IMG/VR virus record: IMGVR_UViG_3300004481_000388
Location: 1 to 64,000 of that record
DNA from: a virus
DNA length: 64,000 nucleotides
Reading direction: 5' to 3' (one strand)
The notes beneath the pieces were generated by a model. It searched no databases and was not told where the DNA came from. It was given only the letters and a program-made list of their open reading frames with translations. A program made the position numbers and the translations under genes. Positions 19,274-27,176 of this stretch are shown piece by piece. Every line of letters begins with the position of its first letter. Positions within the stretch are counted from its first letter, which is position 1.

Positions 19274-19730
19274 GTCTTACTTTCCTCCCCTTCCCCTCTC
19301 CCTCTCCCCTTTCCTCCCTTTCCTCCCTATACCCTAATATATCCAACGCCCTACTCCACAACCTTCTAGCCCCTATCTGAGCGAAATTCTGATACCCCTG
19401 TTCTATAGATATAGCAAGGCGTCTAAAACTAACCTCACTATCTCTCTCTACCATAGCCTGCGCCCTTTTTATCGCTTGTGCCTTACGTCTCTCCCTTTCC
19501 CTACTCCCCTTTCCCCACTCCTTCCTCTTCACCATCTCCCCTGTGCCTATACCACCCTCTAGCAACTCTTTATACTCCCTCTTATTACCCCGTACTAGGG
19601 GGATGAGTCTCACTCTACTCATCCCATCCTCCCCCTTCTCTACTGAATGAGGTTGCCATCTCGTTGTACTCCTGATACTAGAACCACCACTTCCCTTCGT
19701 CGTGCTACCCCCACGTTTACCTTTGCTCAT
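19254..19730 (-). CDS. hypothetical basic protein
   Basis: 158-aa ORF, R/K/E-rich. Confidence 0.55.
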   Translation of the reverse strand: MSKGKRGGSTTKGSGGSSIRSTTRWQPHSVEKGEDGMSRVRLIPLVRGNKREYKELLEGGIGTGEMVKRKEWGKGSRERERRKAQAIKRAQAMVERDSEVSFRRLAISIEQGYQNFAQIGARRLWSRALDILGYREEREERGEGEGKGRKVRHESIIR

Positions 19731-20017
19731 ACCTCTACCCCCTTTTCTACAATCTCTTTTAGTTGATCCTCTAACTCCCCCAACACTCTATACACCTCCC
19801 TATGATTCGTGCTGTACATCCCCCTCTTGAACACACTCGGAATCTTCTTCTCTAACCACGCTAGAAATAAAGATGCCATAGTAGGCGTGAAGAATTGTGA
19901 GAGTGTTATCATATCTTGTGCTAGTGACTCTTCCCCTTTTTTCACACCCACCCCCTTCCCATCATCCACGCTACCACTACTCCCACTACTCCCACACCTA
20001 CGAGAAACAACCACCAC
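19727..20017 (-). CDS. hypothetical protein (true start may be the internal ATG at 19912)
   Basis: 96-aa ORF. Its N-terminal 35 aa overlap ORF 19942..20199. Confidence 0.5.
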   Translation of the reverse strand: MVVVSRRCGSSGSSGSVDDGKGVGVKKGEESLAQDMITLSQFFTPTMASLFLAWLEKKIPSVFKRGMYSTNHREVYRVLGELEDQLKEIVEKGVEV

Positions 20018-20199
20018 GTCTTAACCCCTCCGGCGCACGATCTACAATAAACCAACTCCCCACGCCCTAGGGAACGTAATGACTCCTTCCTATAATAAGG
20101 CTTCCTCGTTGACCCCATACACCCGTGGCATAGATACGTAGCCCTCATCCTCACACGATTGTTGTTATGATTGAACATACTCATTCTCCTTACTTGCAA
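19942..20199 (-). CDS. zinc-ribbon protein with a C-terminal TM segment
   Basis: CHGC...CRSC, then WWLFLVGVGVVGVVVAWMM. Fills the gap between neighbouring genes. Confidence 0.4.
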   Translation of the reverse strand: MQVRRMSMFNHNNNRVRMRATYLCHGCMGSTRKPYYRKESLRSLGRGELVYCRSCAGGVKTWWLFLVGVGVVGVVVAWMMGRGWV

Positions 20200-20755
20200 A
20201 ATACTTCAATTGCTCTCTGGCCACTATCAACACATTCTTCCTATAATCCCCATAAAACCCCCAACAACTATCTACTACCTCACCCTCTTCATTCTCTATC
20301 TCATACCCCCATATATTTCCAGTAAGCCAGTCATCCAACGTTTCCACCTCATCCTCCACCCTCTTATTACACGCCAGCCATAAAGTCCTACCCCCATAAT
20401 TAGGAAACTCCTCCTTCGCCTTCTTCTTAGTTACATATACATACCCAGCTAACCCACAATCCCACTGTTGATCCGGCCAATTACCACAATTCCACAACCT
20501 AACTGTAATCCCACTATGAATATAGGCCATCAAAGGCGTACACCAAACCACCTCTCCCCTATCAAACGCTTCTATCACCTCCGTAGGATTACTATACACC
20601 TCCTCGCTACTGAACTCGTAATTCCTCGTCCAAGTAACCACATCGCTAAGCTGGTCATATTCCTTATAGGGGTTTTCCCTACCTATCTCATCGTTATATA
20701 TCCTAATAATAAGGCCCCTTAGAGACTCCTCATATACTGCTAATTCGTGATTCAT
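20165..20755 (-). CDS. hypothetical protein
   Basis: 196-aa ORF with ATGA coupling to the upstream gene. Confidence 0.6.
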   Translation of the reverse strand: MNHELAVYEESLRGLIIRIYNDEIGRENPYKEYDQLSDVVTWTRNYEFSSEEVYSNPTEVIEAFDRGEVVWCTPLMAYIHSGITVRLWNCGNWPDQQWDCGLAGYVYVTKKKAKEEFPNYGGRTLWLACNKRVEDEVETLDDWLTGNIWGYEIENEEGEVVDSCWGFYGDYRKNVLIVAREQLKYFASKENEYVQS

Positions 20756-21090
20756 ACCTCCACGCCCCTTTCCTTCATCACCTTCTCATAAACCTCAACC
20801 ACCTTCTCCAACCTCCTCTGATCCTCATACCACTTGGGACTCATACTCTCCCACTTAAACCCGTGTGCTATGTATACCATCTGATACAACAAATGCCGCA
20901 CTATCGCACAATCCTCCCTCGCTGGACTATCCAGCAACCATCTCAGCACTTCATTCAGCGTGTTATTCAGTGCGAGTATATTCACCGCTGACTGTGCAAA
21001 CAACGCATCTCTACACCATCTATATATCCTCAGCGCCTCTTCCTCGTGCCTCTTCTCTCTTTCCTCTTCTGTTTCTACTCTATTAGTCAT
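20752..21090 (-). CDS. hypothetical protein
   Basis: 112-aa ORF, 22 nt downstream of a type B repeat. Confidence 0.6.
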   Translation of the reverse strand: MTNRVETEEEREKRHEEEALRIYRWCRDALFAQSAVNILALNNTLNEVLRWLLDSPAREDCAIVRHLLYQMVYIAHGFKWESMSPKWYEDQRRLEKVVEVYEKVMKERGVEV

Positions 21091-21112
21091 AACTCTTGTC
21101 CTTTCAAAAAAG

Positions 21113-21131
21113 TGTCATACTCAAGTTTACA
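21113..21131 (-). repeat. 19-bp phage repeat, type B copy
   Basis: Minus strand TGTAAACTTGAGTATGACA followed by CTTTT. Confidence 0.85.
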
Positions 21132-21132
21132 T

Positions 21133-21324
21133 CTACCCAAAATAACGTTCTTCACATATATCATCACAACATCTTTGCCACCTATTCTCAGGCGTGAACG
21201 TGCTACCACACCACTTACATTCCCTCTCCTCCTCCTTCCAAGCATCAGGGCACCCTTGCTCGTGACATCTTACGCCGTCAATCATAACCACTTGGCACGA
21301 TTCACATTGTCCGTTTTCTCTCAT
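21133..21324 (-). CDS. small zinc-ribbon protein
   Basis: CESC...CHEQGC...CKWCG...CCDDIC. Confidence 0.55.
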   Translation of the reverse strand: MRENGQCESCQVVMIDGVRCHEQGCPDAWKEEERECKWCGSTFTPENRWQRCCDDICEERYFG

Positions 21325-21539
21325 AAATCCTCACTATCCAAGGTAGTCAACTCAATAACCTTAGTATTTACACTCCCCACTCTATGCTTACCTTTATCTC
21401 GCATAGATTGATAACGCCTAGGAGATAACTTAACCCAAGGCCCAGTAGCTAAGCCTGTACACCTAAACGGCTCACCATTCACTGTTATCCAAGGATCAAA
21501 CTCAAACTTTGCTCCTATTGATAGGTCTTTAAATCTCAT
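21321..21539 (-). CDS. hypothetical protein
   Basis: 72-aa ORF with 4-nt overlaps on both sides. Confidence 0.55.
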   Translation of the reverse strand: MRFKDLSIGAKFEFDPWITVNGEPFRCTGLATGPWVKLSPRRYQSMRDKGKHRVGSVNTKVIELTTLDSEDL

Positions 21540-22084
21540 AAATCCTCCTCAAACGCTTCCTCCATCTCTTCCACGAGCCTCTCAAACACCCCCTCATCCC
21601 TTGCCTCGTTCTCGTTACTTGGAAGTGGGCAGACGTATAGGCACGCCAAGACCTCGTTAGTATCGTCGTGGTAGGCTACGGCAGGCGTCACACCTCCTAC
21701 CCCCAATATCCCCATCGTATTACTATGCCTACAATAATCCAACTCCCACTTCCCTATTACCTCACAAAGCGTCTTCCACCCCACCTCTCCATAATACTTG
21801 GCGTGCCTACAGATAAGCCCATCACCTACGTCATAGTGAGAGTCATACTCAGTACACGTAAAATATTCCCCACGCCCATTAGCCTCTTTCACCACACGCT
21901 CAAGACTCCACGCCCCAAACTTCTCCCCTCTCGGCACGTTAATGTCTCCACATATACTAAACGTCCTCTCACGAACGGGAGTGGGCGTAAGCAAGTGACA
22001 CTCACACGCCCCCTCAAGGCCGGGTAAGTATCGAGAAGTGGTGAAACACGTCACTTCCTGCTCCCTTTCTAATTCTTGTATCAT
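21536..22084 (-). CDS. hypothetical Cys-rich protein
   Basis: 182-aa ORF in the operon. Confidence 0.6.
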   Translation of the reverse strand: MIQELEREQEVTCFTTSRYLPGLEGACECHLLTPTPVRERTFSICGDINVPRGEKFGAWSLERVVKEANGRGEYFTCTEYDSHYDVGDGLICRHAKYYGEVGWKTLCEVIGKWELDYCRHSNTMGILGVGGVTPAVAYHDDTNEVLACLYVCPLPSNENEARDEGVFERLVEEMEEAFEEDL

Positions 22085-22086
22085 AA

Positions 22087-22332
22087 TTACAAACCCTCTA
22101 TAACTTCTCTGAGCCTCTTATACATCTCCTCTCCACTCACCCTTTTCTTCTTATCTGGCTCAATACTATTCAGATACTTACCTGTAGTAACGCTCCATTC
22201 ATTCTCTCTACATACTAAACCTGTAGAGGAGTGATGGAAGGCTACAAGAGTAGTATAGGAGTAGTACAACCTCAACCCCCCTATTTGTACTTCTGCTGTA
22301 TTGGATGTGTAATAAATGCTAGGAATGTTCAT
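22087..22332 (-). CDS. hypothetical protein
   Basis: Part of ORF 22087..22449. ATG 22330-22332 forms an ATGA overlap with the stop of 22329..22619. Confidence 0.55.
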   Translation of the reverse strand: MNIPSIYYTSNTAEVQIGGLRLYYSYTTLVAFHHSSTGLVCRENEWSVTTGKYLNSIEPDKKKRVSGEEMYKRLREVIEGL

Positions 22333-22619
22333 ACTACACCCCCCACACCAACAACAAACAACGCTCCCAACAACACCCTCGCCTTCTCCACCTTCCCCCC
22401 TCTCTCCCGCTCTACCTCCCTCACCTTCTCCCTCCACATCTTCTCCCACTCCCTTTCCTCCTCTATAGCGTCTTTGGTGGTAGAGATGTGGGAAGTGGGT
22501 GAAGTGTCAACTAAGTTTACATTCTCCTCATTTGTGCTTTGTGATTCCCTTTCCTCATTATTAGTGGGATTAGGCGCATTCTTCTTCACGATTCGTACTT
22601 TATTAGATGACTGGTTCAT
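22329..22619 (-). CDS. hypothetical protein with a C-terminal hydrophobic segment; carries an in-frame repeat copy
   Basis: 96-aa ORF. Contains ENVNLVDTSP. C-terminus VLLGALFVVGVGGVV. Confidence 0.5.
   Translation of the reverse strand: MNQSSNKVRIVKKNAPNPTNNEERESQSTNEENVNLVDTSPTSHISTTKDAIEEEREWEKMWREKVREVERERGGKVEKARVLLGALFVVGVGGVV
22505..22521 (-). repeat. 17-bp phage repeat, type A copy, inside a CDS
   Basis: Minus strand TGTAAACTTAGTTGACA followed by CTTC. Confidence 0.9.
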
Positions 22620-22679
22620 ACTGGTGTCCTTTCATTTCTATTCCTTTTTATGTGTGTGGTTTGTGTTCTCCCTTACCCG

Positions 22680-23234
22680 TTACTCTTTATCACTCTTGGG
22701 GAGGATTATAGGCATAATATACTCTCCCTCCCCTTTCCCATTCACAGTGCGAATATGGAACACATATCCATAATATTTATCCCCCGCTTGCTTGACCGAA
22801 CACGATCTCAACCCCGCTTGCTTGACCGAACACGATCTCAACCCCGCCCTCTCTTTCTCATTACTTGCCACTCTCACCACCATCTCCTCCTCTAACACCT
22901 CCCACTGTTCATATTTTCTAATAGGTGTGCCGGGAGGAAGAGTTACGCCCTCTATCTCGTCGTCAGTTACTATAAGCACAGGCATCTTCTGCACAGCCTC
23001 GTTGTACATGCGCTCTTGCTTCAGATCATCCTCTTGGCACTTCTTCACCCTATTTTCAAGCGCCTTTTGTACCGCAAATGGGGTAATGCGAGTAGCAATG
23101 TCCGCAAGAGGACACGCAATAGGTACCCCCAATGTAGCCTTATGCTCGCCTATACGTGCCCACTTATACTCGTCCTCAGCTAAGCGAGCAGACACACTAA
23201 TCTCAATGATGATGTTTCCATTTCCACTATTCAT
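22680..23234 (-). CDS. hypothetical protein with an internal 10-aa tandem duplication
   Basis: 184-aa ORF. AGLRSCSVKQ occurs twice, encoded by a perfect 2x30-nt repeat at 22782..22841. Confidence 0.6.
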   Translation of the reverse strand: MNSGNGNIIIEISVSARLAEDEYKWARIGEHKATLGVPIACPLADIATRITPFAVQKALENRVKKCQEDDLKQERMYNEAVQKMPVLIVTDDEIEGVTLPPGTPIRKYEQWEVLEEEMVVRVASNEKERAGLRSCSVKQAGLRSCSVKQAGDKYYGYVFHIRTVNGKGEGEYIMPIILPKSDKE

Positions 23235-23240
23235 ACTTTC

Positions 23241-23290
23241 TCCTAACTTTTCCTAACTTTTCCTTACTTTTCCTTACTTTTCCTTACTTT
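23241..23290. repeat. 5 x 10-bp tandem repeat (AAAAGTWAGG on the mRNA strand) abutting the start of gene 22680..23234
   Basis: TCCTAACTTT x2 and TCCTTACTTT x3 on the plus strand, read directly. Confidence 0.95.
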
Positions 23291-23351
23291 TTGTGAAAAA
23301 TAACCCTTTTATTTCCAACAATTTACCTTATCACGCACCATCACGCACTCC

Positions 23352-23555
23352 CTAATACCACCTCATCCCTCTCTCCCCTACCCCCTTCTCCTCTTCCCCA
23401 CACACCATCCCCAACCCCTTCCTCACACCTATATCTTCCCCATAACTCACACCCACGAGGAAAGATAGCACGCACATCACGAGGCACACGATCACTACTA
23501 CCATTTCCCTTGTGAGTCGTAACCTCCACAACCGTTCATATTCCTGTTCTGTCAC
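23352..23555 (-). CDS. small membrane protein
   Basis: 67 aa. TM helix VVVIVCLVMCVLSFLVGV. ATGA overlap with the upstream gene. Confidence 0.55.
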   Translation of the reverse strand: MTEQEYERLWRLRLTREMVVVIVCLVMCVLSFLVGVSYGEDIGVRKGLGMVCGEEEKGVGERGMRWY

Positions 23556-23980
23556 AACTCACCCCCTTCCCTTTCCACCCCCGCATTCTCTCTCCTCACC
23601 CTCACCTCCCTAGCAATTTCCACATCCACCCCCATCCCAAACGCCTTCGCCCTCATATTAAACCTCATCAACCCCTCCTCCGTCGCATTCTCCAAATACA
23701 CAACCTCACCCTCTCCCGTCACGTCCCCTCCCTGATCCCTCATACTATTCCACCACGCCACAAACTCCTGCGCGTGGTACTCACTTCTCATCATACACTT
23801 ACTCGCCAAATGCCCTCTCTTCCCCACCTTTGGCCCCAATAGCCAATGAAGGGCGTGAGTCTTCTTATGCGGAGAGAGGGGGATACTCCCCACCCTTTCA
23901 GGCATTATCTCTTCAACTTCACCTACACCACCACCTACACCACCACTTACACCATTCCTACTATCACTCATATTTCCCAT
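23552..23980 (-). CDS. hypothetical protein
   Basis: 142-aa ORF, the first phage-composition gene after the foreign segment. Confidence 0.55.
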   Translation of the reverse strand: MGNMSDSRNGVSGGVGGGVGEVEEIMPERVGSIPLSPHKKTHALHWLLGPKVGKRGHLASKCMMRSEYHAQEFVAWWNSMRDQGGDVTGEGEVVYLENATEEGLMRFNMRAKAFGMGVDVEIAREVRVRRENAGVEREGGEL

Positions 23981-24074
23981 AAACTTATCCTTTCCCTTGG
24001 GGGCTGGTTATTGGATAGTTAGCGTAAGCACACTGGCCTTTCACAGTTTCCATAAGATTCTCCTAAAGTTACCT

Positions 24075-24118
24075 CTCTGCCCAACCCACATTGCAACGGA
24101 GCCCGCGCCGATGGATGT
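24075..24118. repeat. 44-nt GC-rich element, copy B
   Basis: CTCTGCCCAACCCACATTGCAACGGAGCCCGCGCCGATGGATGT, identical to 24509..24552. Confidence 0.95.
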
Positions 24119-24127
24119 GGTTGATAT

Positions 24128-24153
24128 GTGTTCACGAGGCGCCTCGTGAACAC
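24128..24153. other. perfect 26-bp palindrome adjacent to element copy B
   Basis: GTGTTCACGAGGC|GCCTCGTGAACAC. Confidence 0.9.
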
Positions 24154-24292
24154 GGCGTTATGCTGCGCTACGACCTCAGCGTCGGACAATGTTTGCAGTG
24201 TTGGCAAATCCGAAGCGGAAAGCTCCAGTGCCTAACACTGCGAGTTTCGTACTTGTGAATACCGATTGAGCAAAGAAATAAATAAAGAATTT

Positions 24293-24484
24293 TCATACGT
24301 TTTCCTCGCTTAATAGCGTATCCACTTCGTCCCAAAATTCGCCATCAAGTAGCTGTTCGCCGCCTTGTCCCTCAAACTCGAAATGCGCGTTGCGGATTTC
24401 TGCTAGCAGTTTTAGCGCGCGTTGCCCTTTGTCTTTTGTCAATATTGCGTTTTTTTGTTCTTTTAATTTTTCGTAATTATCCAT
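24293..24484 (-). CDS. 63-aa acidic protein of foreign codon usage
   Basis: Internal ATG of ORF 24293..24679. Product MDNYEKLKEQKNAIL...DGEFWDEVDTLLSEENV. AAA/GAA/CGC codons, unlike the rest of the phage. Confidence 0.45.
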   Translation of the reverse strand: MDNYEKLKEQKNAILTKDKGQRALKLLAEIRNAHFEFEGQGGEQLLDGEFWDEVDTLLSEENV

Positions 24485-24508
24485 ATCGAACTTTTTTGAA
24501 AAGTGCCG

Positions 24509-24552
24509 CTCTGCCCAACCCACATTGCAACGGAGCCCGCGCCGATGGATGT
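24509..24552. repeat. 44-nt GC-rich element, copy A
   Basis: Identical to 24075..24118. Read in different frames by the two overlapping listed ORFs, so conservation is at the nucleotide level. Confidence 0.95.
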
Positions 24553-24684
24553 TGTGGTTTACGAGTGCGCGACGGCGCAACTCGTTGAACTTTGTGTTAA
24601 ACCTCCGCACTTGCAAACATCCGTTCGCCCCTTCGATGAGATGGGGCGAACTTTCTCTATTATTCTCCACCAAATACACCCCCC

Positions 24685-24752
24685 AAAAAACAAAAAAAGA
24701 GCGAGTTACAAATGAGGGGAAAGGACATTAACCCCCAAATATAACTCGCTCT
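24685..24752 (-). terminator. intrinsic terminator (minus strand)
   Basis: AGAGCGAGTTA-33 nt-TAACTCGCTCT followed by TTTTTTTGTTTTTT on the minus strand. Confidence 0.65.
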
Positions 24753-24816
24753 TTCTCTGGCACTACTCCTATTAGTCCGGTAGTCTTGGAGTGTGCAAAC
24801 TCTAAGGCGTGAAATG

Positions 24817-24833
24817 TGTCAACTAAGTTTACT
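24817..24833 (-). repeat. 17-bp phage repeat, type A copy
   Basis: Minus strand AGTAAACTTAGTTGACA followed by CATTTC. Its TAA is the stop codon of ORF 24829..24978. Confidence 0.9.
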
Positions 24834-24978
24834 CTTCATGAAATATCCTTATATCATAGATACTTCCTGGGTTATCTTCCCTCCATCTTTTAGCTATGGA
24901 GAAATCTTTCGTACAACCTATTACTCTCCTCACGCCCATAAAATCCGTAACTAGCACGTAATAGATTATAGTACACAT
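24829..24978 (-). CDS. 49-aa hypothetical protein (below the ORF-track cut-off)
   Basis: ATG 24976-24978 follows AAAGGAAAGAGG. Product MCTIIYYVLVTDFMGVRRVIGCTKDFSIAKRWREDNPGSIYDIRIFHEE. Confidence 0.45.
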   Translation of the reverse strand: MCTIIYYVLVTDFMGVRRVIGCTKDFSIAKRWREDNPGSIYDIRIFHEE

Positions 24979-25133
24979 AAATTTACCTCTTTCCTTTCTT
25001 GTTACTTAGTTCATTTTCGTACTTTAATATCTACTCAGTTAGCCTTTGTGCCTCTTGGGGAGTTATATTTATTACCCCACCAAACCTACAACCATTGTTA
25101 ATAGTTAAACGCCACGTTTGATCACTATGAATA

Positions 25134-25179
25134 TACTGCTTATTACTTATCATTGCCTAATAATAAGTAATAAGCAGTA
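25134..25179. other. 17-bp perfect AT-rich inverted repeat with a 12-nt loop
   Basis: TACTGCTTATTACTTAT-cattgcctaata-ATAAGTAATAAGCAGTA. Confidence 0.9.
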
Positions 25180-25277
25180 AGATCATGTAAACCTATTACA
25201 TTATTTATGCTTACAATTAAGCCTTCGTTTATAAAAACGAAATGAGGCAATACTTCATTAGTTTATTTCATATTACG

Positions 25278-25790
25278 CTATCCTCTCTTCCCCTTCCCAA
25301 ACAACTCCCTCGGCACTCTCCCTTCCCTATACTCCCTCCACACATAATTCCCACTACTCGTCTTTTTCCACCTACCATCTACGCGCTTAGAGAACTCCCG
25401 CTCTATACGCCTCTCGTACTCCTCTTTCTCCCTCCCCTCACAGGCACGAATGGCCTCGTTCAATCGCTCCCCTTTCCTCTCCCTTGTACGAACTTCCAAC
25501 AATCGTGCCCCTAAATAGTTCAGTAGGGACAGCCCGCAAGAGAACGTGAGAAAGTACGTCCTGTTCCCGTATGTGAGTCGTGATACACTCACGCCGTTGA
25601 TACGCTTTTGCTTTTCTATCTTTACACTCTTTTCGTGCCTAAGTATCTCAGCGTAACACTTGGCACAGCGCGGCTCCCCTTTCCATATAGTTATGGCATA
25701 TTCCTTACACCGTAACTTTACTTGGTTAGTGGGAGACGTACGCCAGCCCGTGCAAGTGTGCGCGTTAATTGGTAGGTTTTCGTTTTGCAT
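25278..25790 (-). CDS. first gene of the leftward arm; hypothetical Cys-containing basic protein
   Basis: 170-aa ORF, CAKC plus additional Cys, K/R/E-rich C-terminus. Confidence 0.6.
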   Translation of the reverse strand: MQNENLPINAHTCTGWRTSPTNQVKLRCKEYAITIWKGEPRCAKCYAEILRHEKSVKIEKQKRINGVSVSRLTYGNRTYFLTFSCGLSLLNYLGARLLEVRTRERKGERLNEAIRACEGREKEEYERRIEREFSKRVDGRWKKTSSGNYVWREYREGRVPRELFGKGKRG

Positions 25791-25837
25791 AGTGGTTTAG
25801 TGGGGTGCGCGCTAAGTGTGCGCGTTAATTGGTAGGT
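25754..25837. repeat. pair of perfect 24-bp direct repeats (25754..25777 and 25814..25837)
   Basis: AAGTGTGCGCGTTAATTGGTAGGT occurs twice, 60 bp apart. One copy codes residues 5-12 of gene 25278..25790 and the other lies upstream of it. Confidence 0.95.
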
Positions 25838-25841
25838 AGGA

Positions 25842-25858
25842 TGTAAACTTAGTTGACA
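25842..25858 (+). repeat. 17-bp phage repeat, type A copy (plus orientation at the head of the leftward arm)
   Basis: TGTAAACTTAGTTGACA followed by GTTTAC. Confidence 0.9.
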
Positions 25859-25883
25859 GTTTACGTGATTGTTTGTGTGTTTG

Positions 25884-25918
25884 GGAAATAAAAAAGGCTA
25901 GTCATTTGTGACTAGCCT
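25884..25918 (-). terminator. intrinsic terminator of the foreign 26-27 kb transcription unit
   Basis: Minus strand AGGCTAGTCA-caaa-TGACTAGCCT followed by TTTTTTATTT. Confidence 0.75.
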
Positions 25919-26060
25919 ATTGTTTATGTGTGAGTGGTACGCCCTAAAATGATAAGACAGGCTTATCACTTAAGCTAAATACTGCGCTGGAATAAACAGA
26001 GCAAAGATTGCCTGTTTCGAGTAAGACAAGAAACGTGGTGGGCGTATCTTGCATTATTAC

Positions 26061-26297
26061 CTATCCTTTGCAATAGACTTTATTGCAGAGGAAATCGGTA
26101 AACTTGCCTGCCATAGCGCGTTGATTGTCAAGTAACCAATTCATAGCTTGGATTTGTGGCCTTGTGATATTCATTAGATTGTCCTTTCTTGTGTTCGTAC
26201 ATTTGGAGTTTAGCTCAATGTAAAGTCGCTTTTGTAGCTTGACTGTGGGGTTGCCAGTGAGTCGTAACTTGTCGTAACTTGTTGTGATTATTGACAC
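26061..26297 (-). CDS. small hypothetical protein (GTG start, uncertain)
   Basis: 78-aa ORF downstream of the 281-aa gene. An internal Met gives a 37-aa alternative. Confidence 0.3.
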   Translation of the reverse strand: MSIITTSYDKLRLTGNPTVKLQKRLYIELNSKCTNTRKDNLMNITRPQIQAMNWLLDNQRAMAGKFTDFLCNKVYCKG

Positions 26298-26330
26298 TTA
26301 GGGAGTGTCAAGTAAATTCGTGGTCATTCG

Positions 26331-27176
26331 TTAGTCATTCTTCTTTGCGGCTGCTTTATCCCAGTCTTCAATAGCGGAAGACTGGCGGCGTTGAATGGCG
26401 CGGATGGTACGCCCGTAGACGCCGACTTGGACGACTTTCCTCAGATACTCACGCGATAGTTTGCCCTCAAAGAAGTCCACTTCTTCGTCAATTAGCTTAG
26501 TGGCTAATTGTTGCTTGCGTTCGTAGGCAGCAGTGATAATGTCGTCTAGCTTTGCCGCCAGACGTTCCATCGCGCCGTCTTTGTCAAAGCCCGTGAAATT
26601 AACATTGGCAAACCCTCGACGGCCTTCTGTTTCCCAAGGGAGTAATTCAGAAGTCCATTTAGTGGCTTTTTTAGCACCTTGTTCGGTGAAAGCCTTGCGC
26701 TCGTTTTTGGATTTACCATCGGCCAATTCGTTCAGGGCTAACAAGAACGTTGACCCGTTCAATTTGCTAACGTCAAACTTGAGTGGCGCAGTTAGAAATC
26801 TACTGCGCTCGTTATTGATTGATGCTTCAGTATCGGAACTAGCGGAGAAACTATCTGCTAGTTCCACCAGAGATACAAATAAGGTGTCTGTGTCTTTCTC
26901 ATCGCCATTCAAGCGTTCTTTTTTCCATTTGTCGCGTGTATCGGTTAGCAACGAACTGAGTGCCTGTTTGTAGTCACTCAAAGCGTTCTGGGATTCACGT
27001 TCGAGAATACTTTCGGGCGTTGGGATGGTAACCCAAGTAAATCTTAGTAACTCTCTCCTGCCATCCTTAGCCTTACCAGTCGCTTTTTGAGCATTGGCAG
27101 ATGCTTGAGTGTCCTTTGTTGTGAAAGTCGCGTTATTCGTTGAATTTGCCGTTGTGTTGCTTGTTACTTGTGTCAT
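26331..27176 (-). CDS. 281-aa orphan protein of foreign composition
   Basis: Long ORF without the purine-rich coding bias of the phage genes. N-terminus is T/N/S/A-rich. No catalytic motif recognised. Confidence 0.65.
   Translation of the reverse strand: MTQVTSNTTANSTNNATFTTKDTQASANAQKATGKAKDGRRELLRFTWVTIPTPESILERESQNALSDYKQALSSLLTDTRDKWKKERLNGDEKDTDTLFVSLVELADSFSASSDTEASINNERSRFLTAPLKFDVSKLNGSTFLLALNELADGKSKNERKAFTEQGAKKATKWTSELLPWETEGRRGFANVNFTGFDKDGAMERLAAKLDDIITAAYERKQQLATKLIDEEVDFFEGKLSREYLRKVVQVGVYGRTIRAIQRRQSSAIEDWDKAAAKKND

Noticed and set aside
24075-24552. The two identical 44-nt blocks as a mini CRISPR array
   Set aside because: There are only two copies, about 390 nt apart (far beyond spacer size), with an ORF between them and no cas genes. 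Each copy also has different flanking hairpins, which a CRISPR array would not show.
24019-24679. Full-length listed ORFs 24019..24207 and 24293..24679 as genuine proteins
   Set aside because: Both read through the shared 44-nt element in different frames and through GC-rich hairpins. Only the 3' 63 codons of the second ORF (from ATG 24484) look like a gene.
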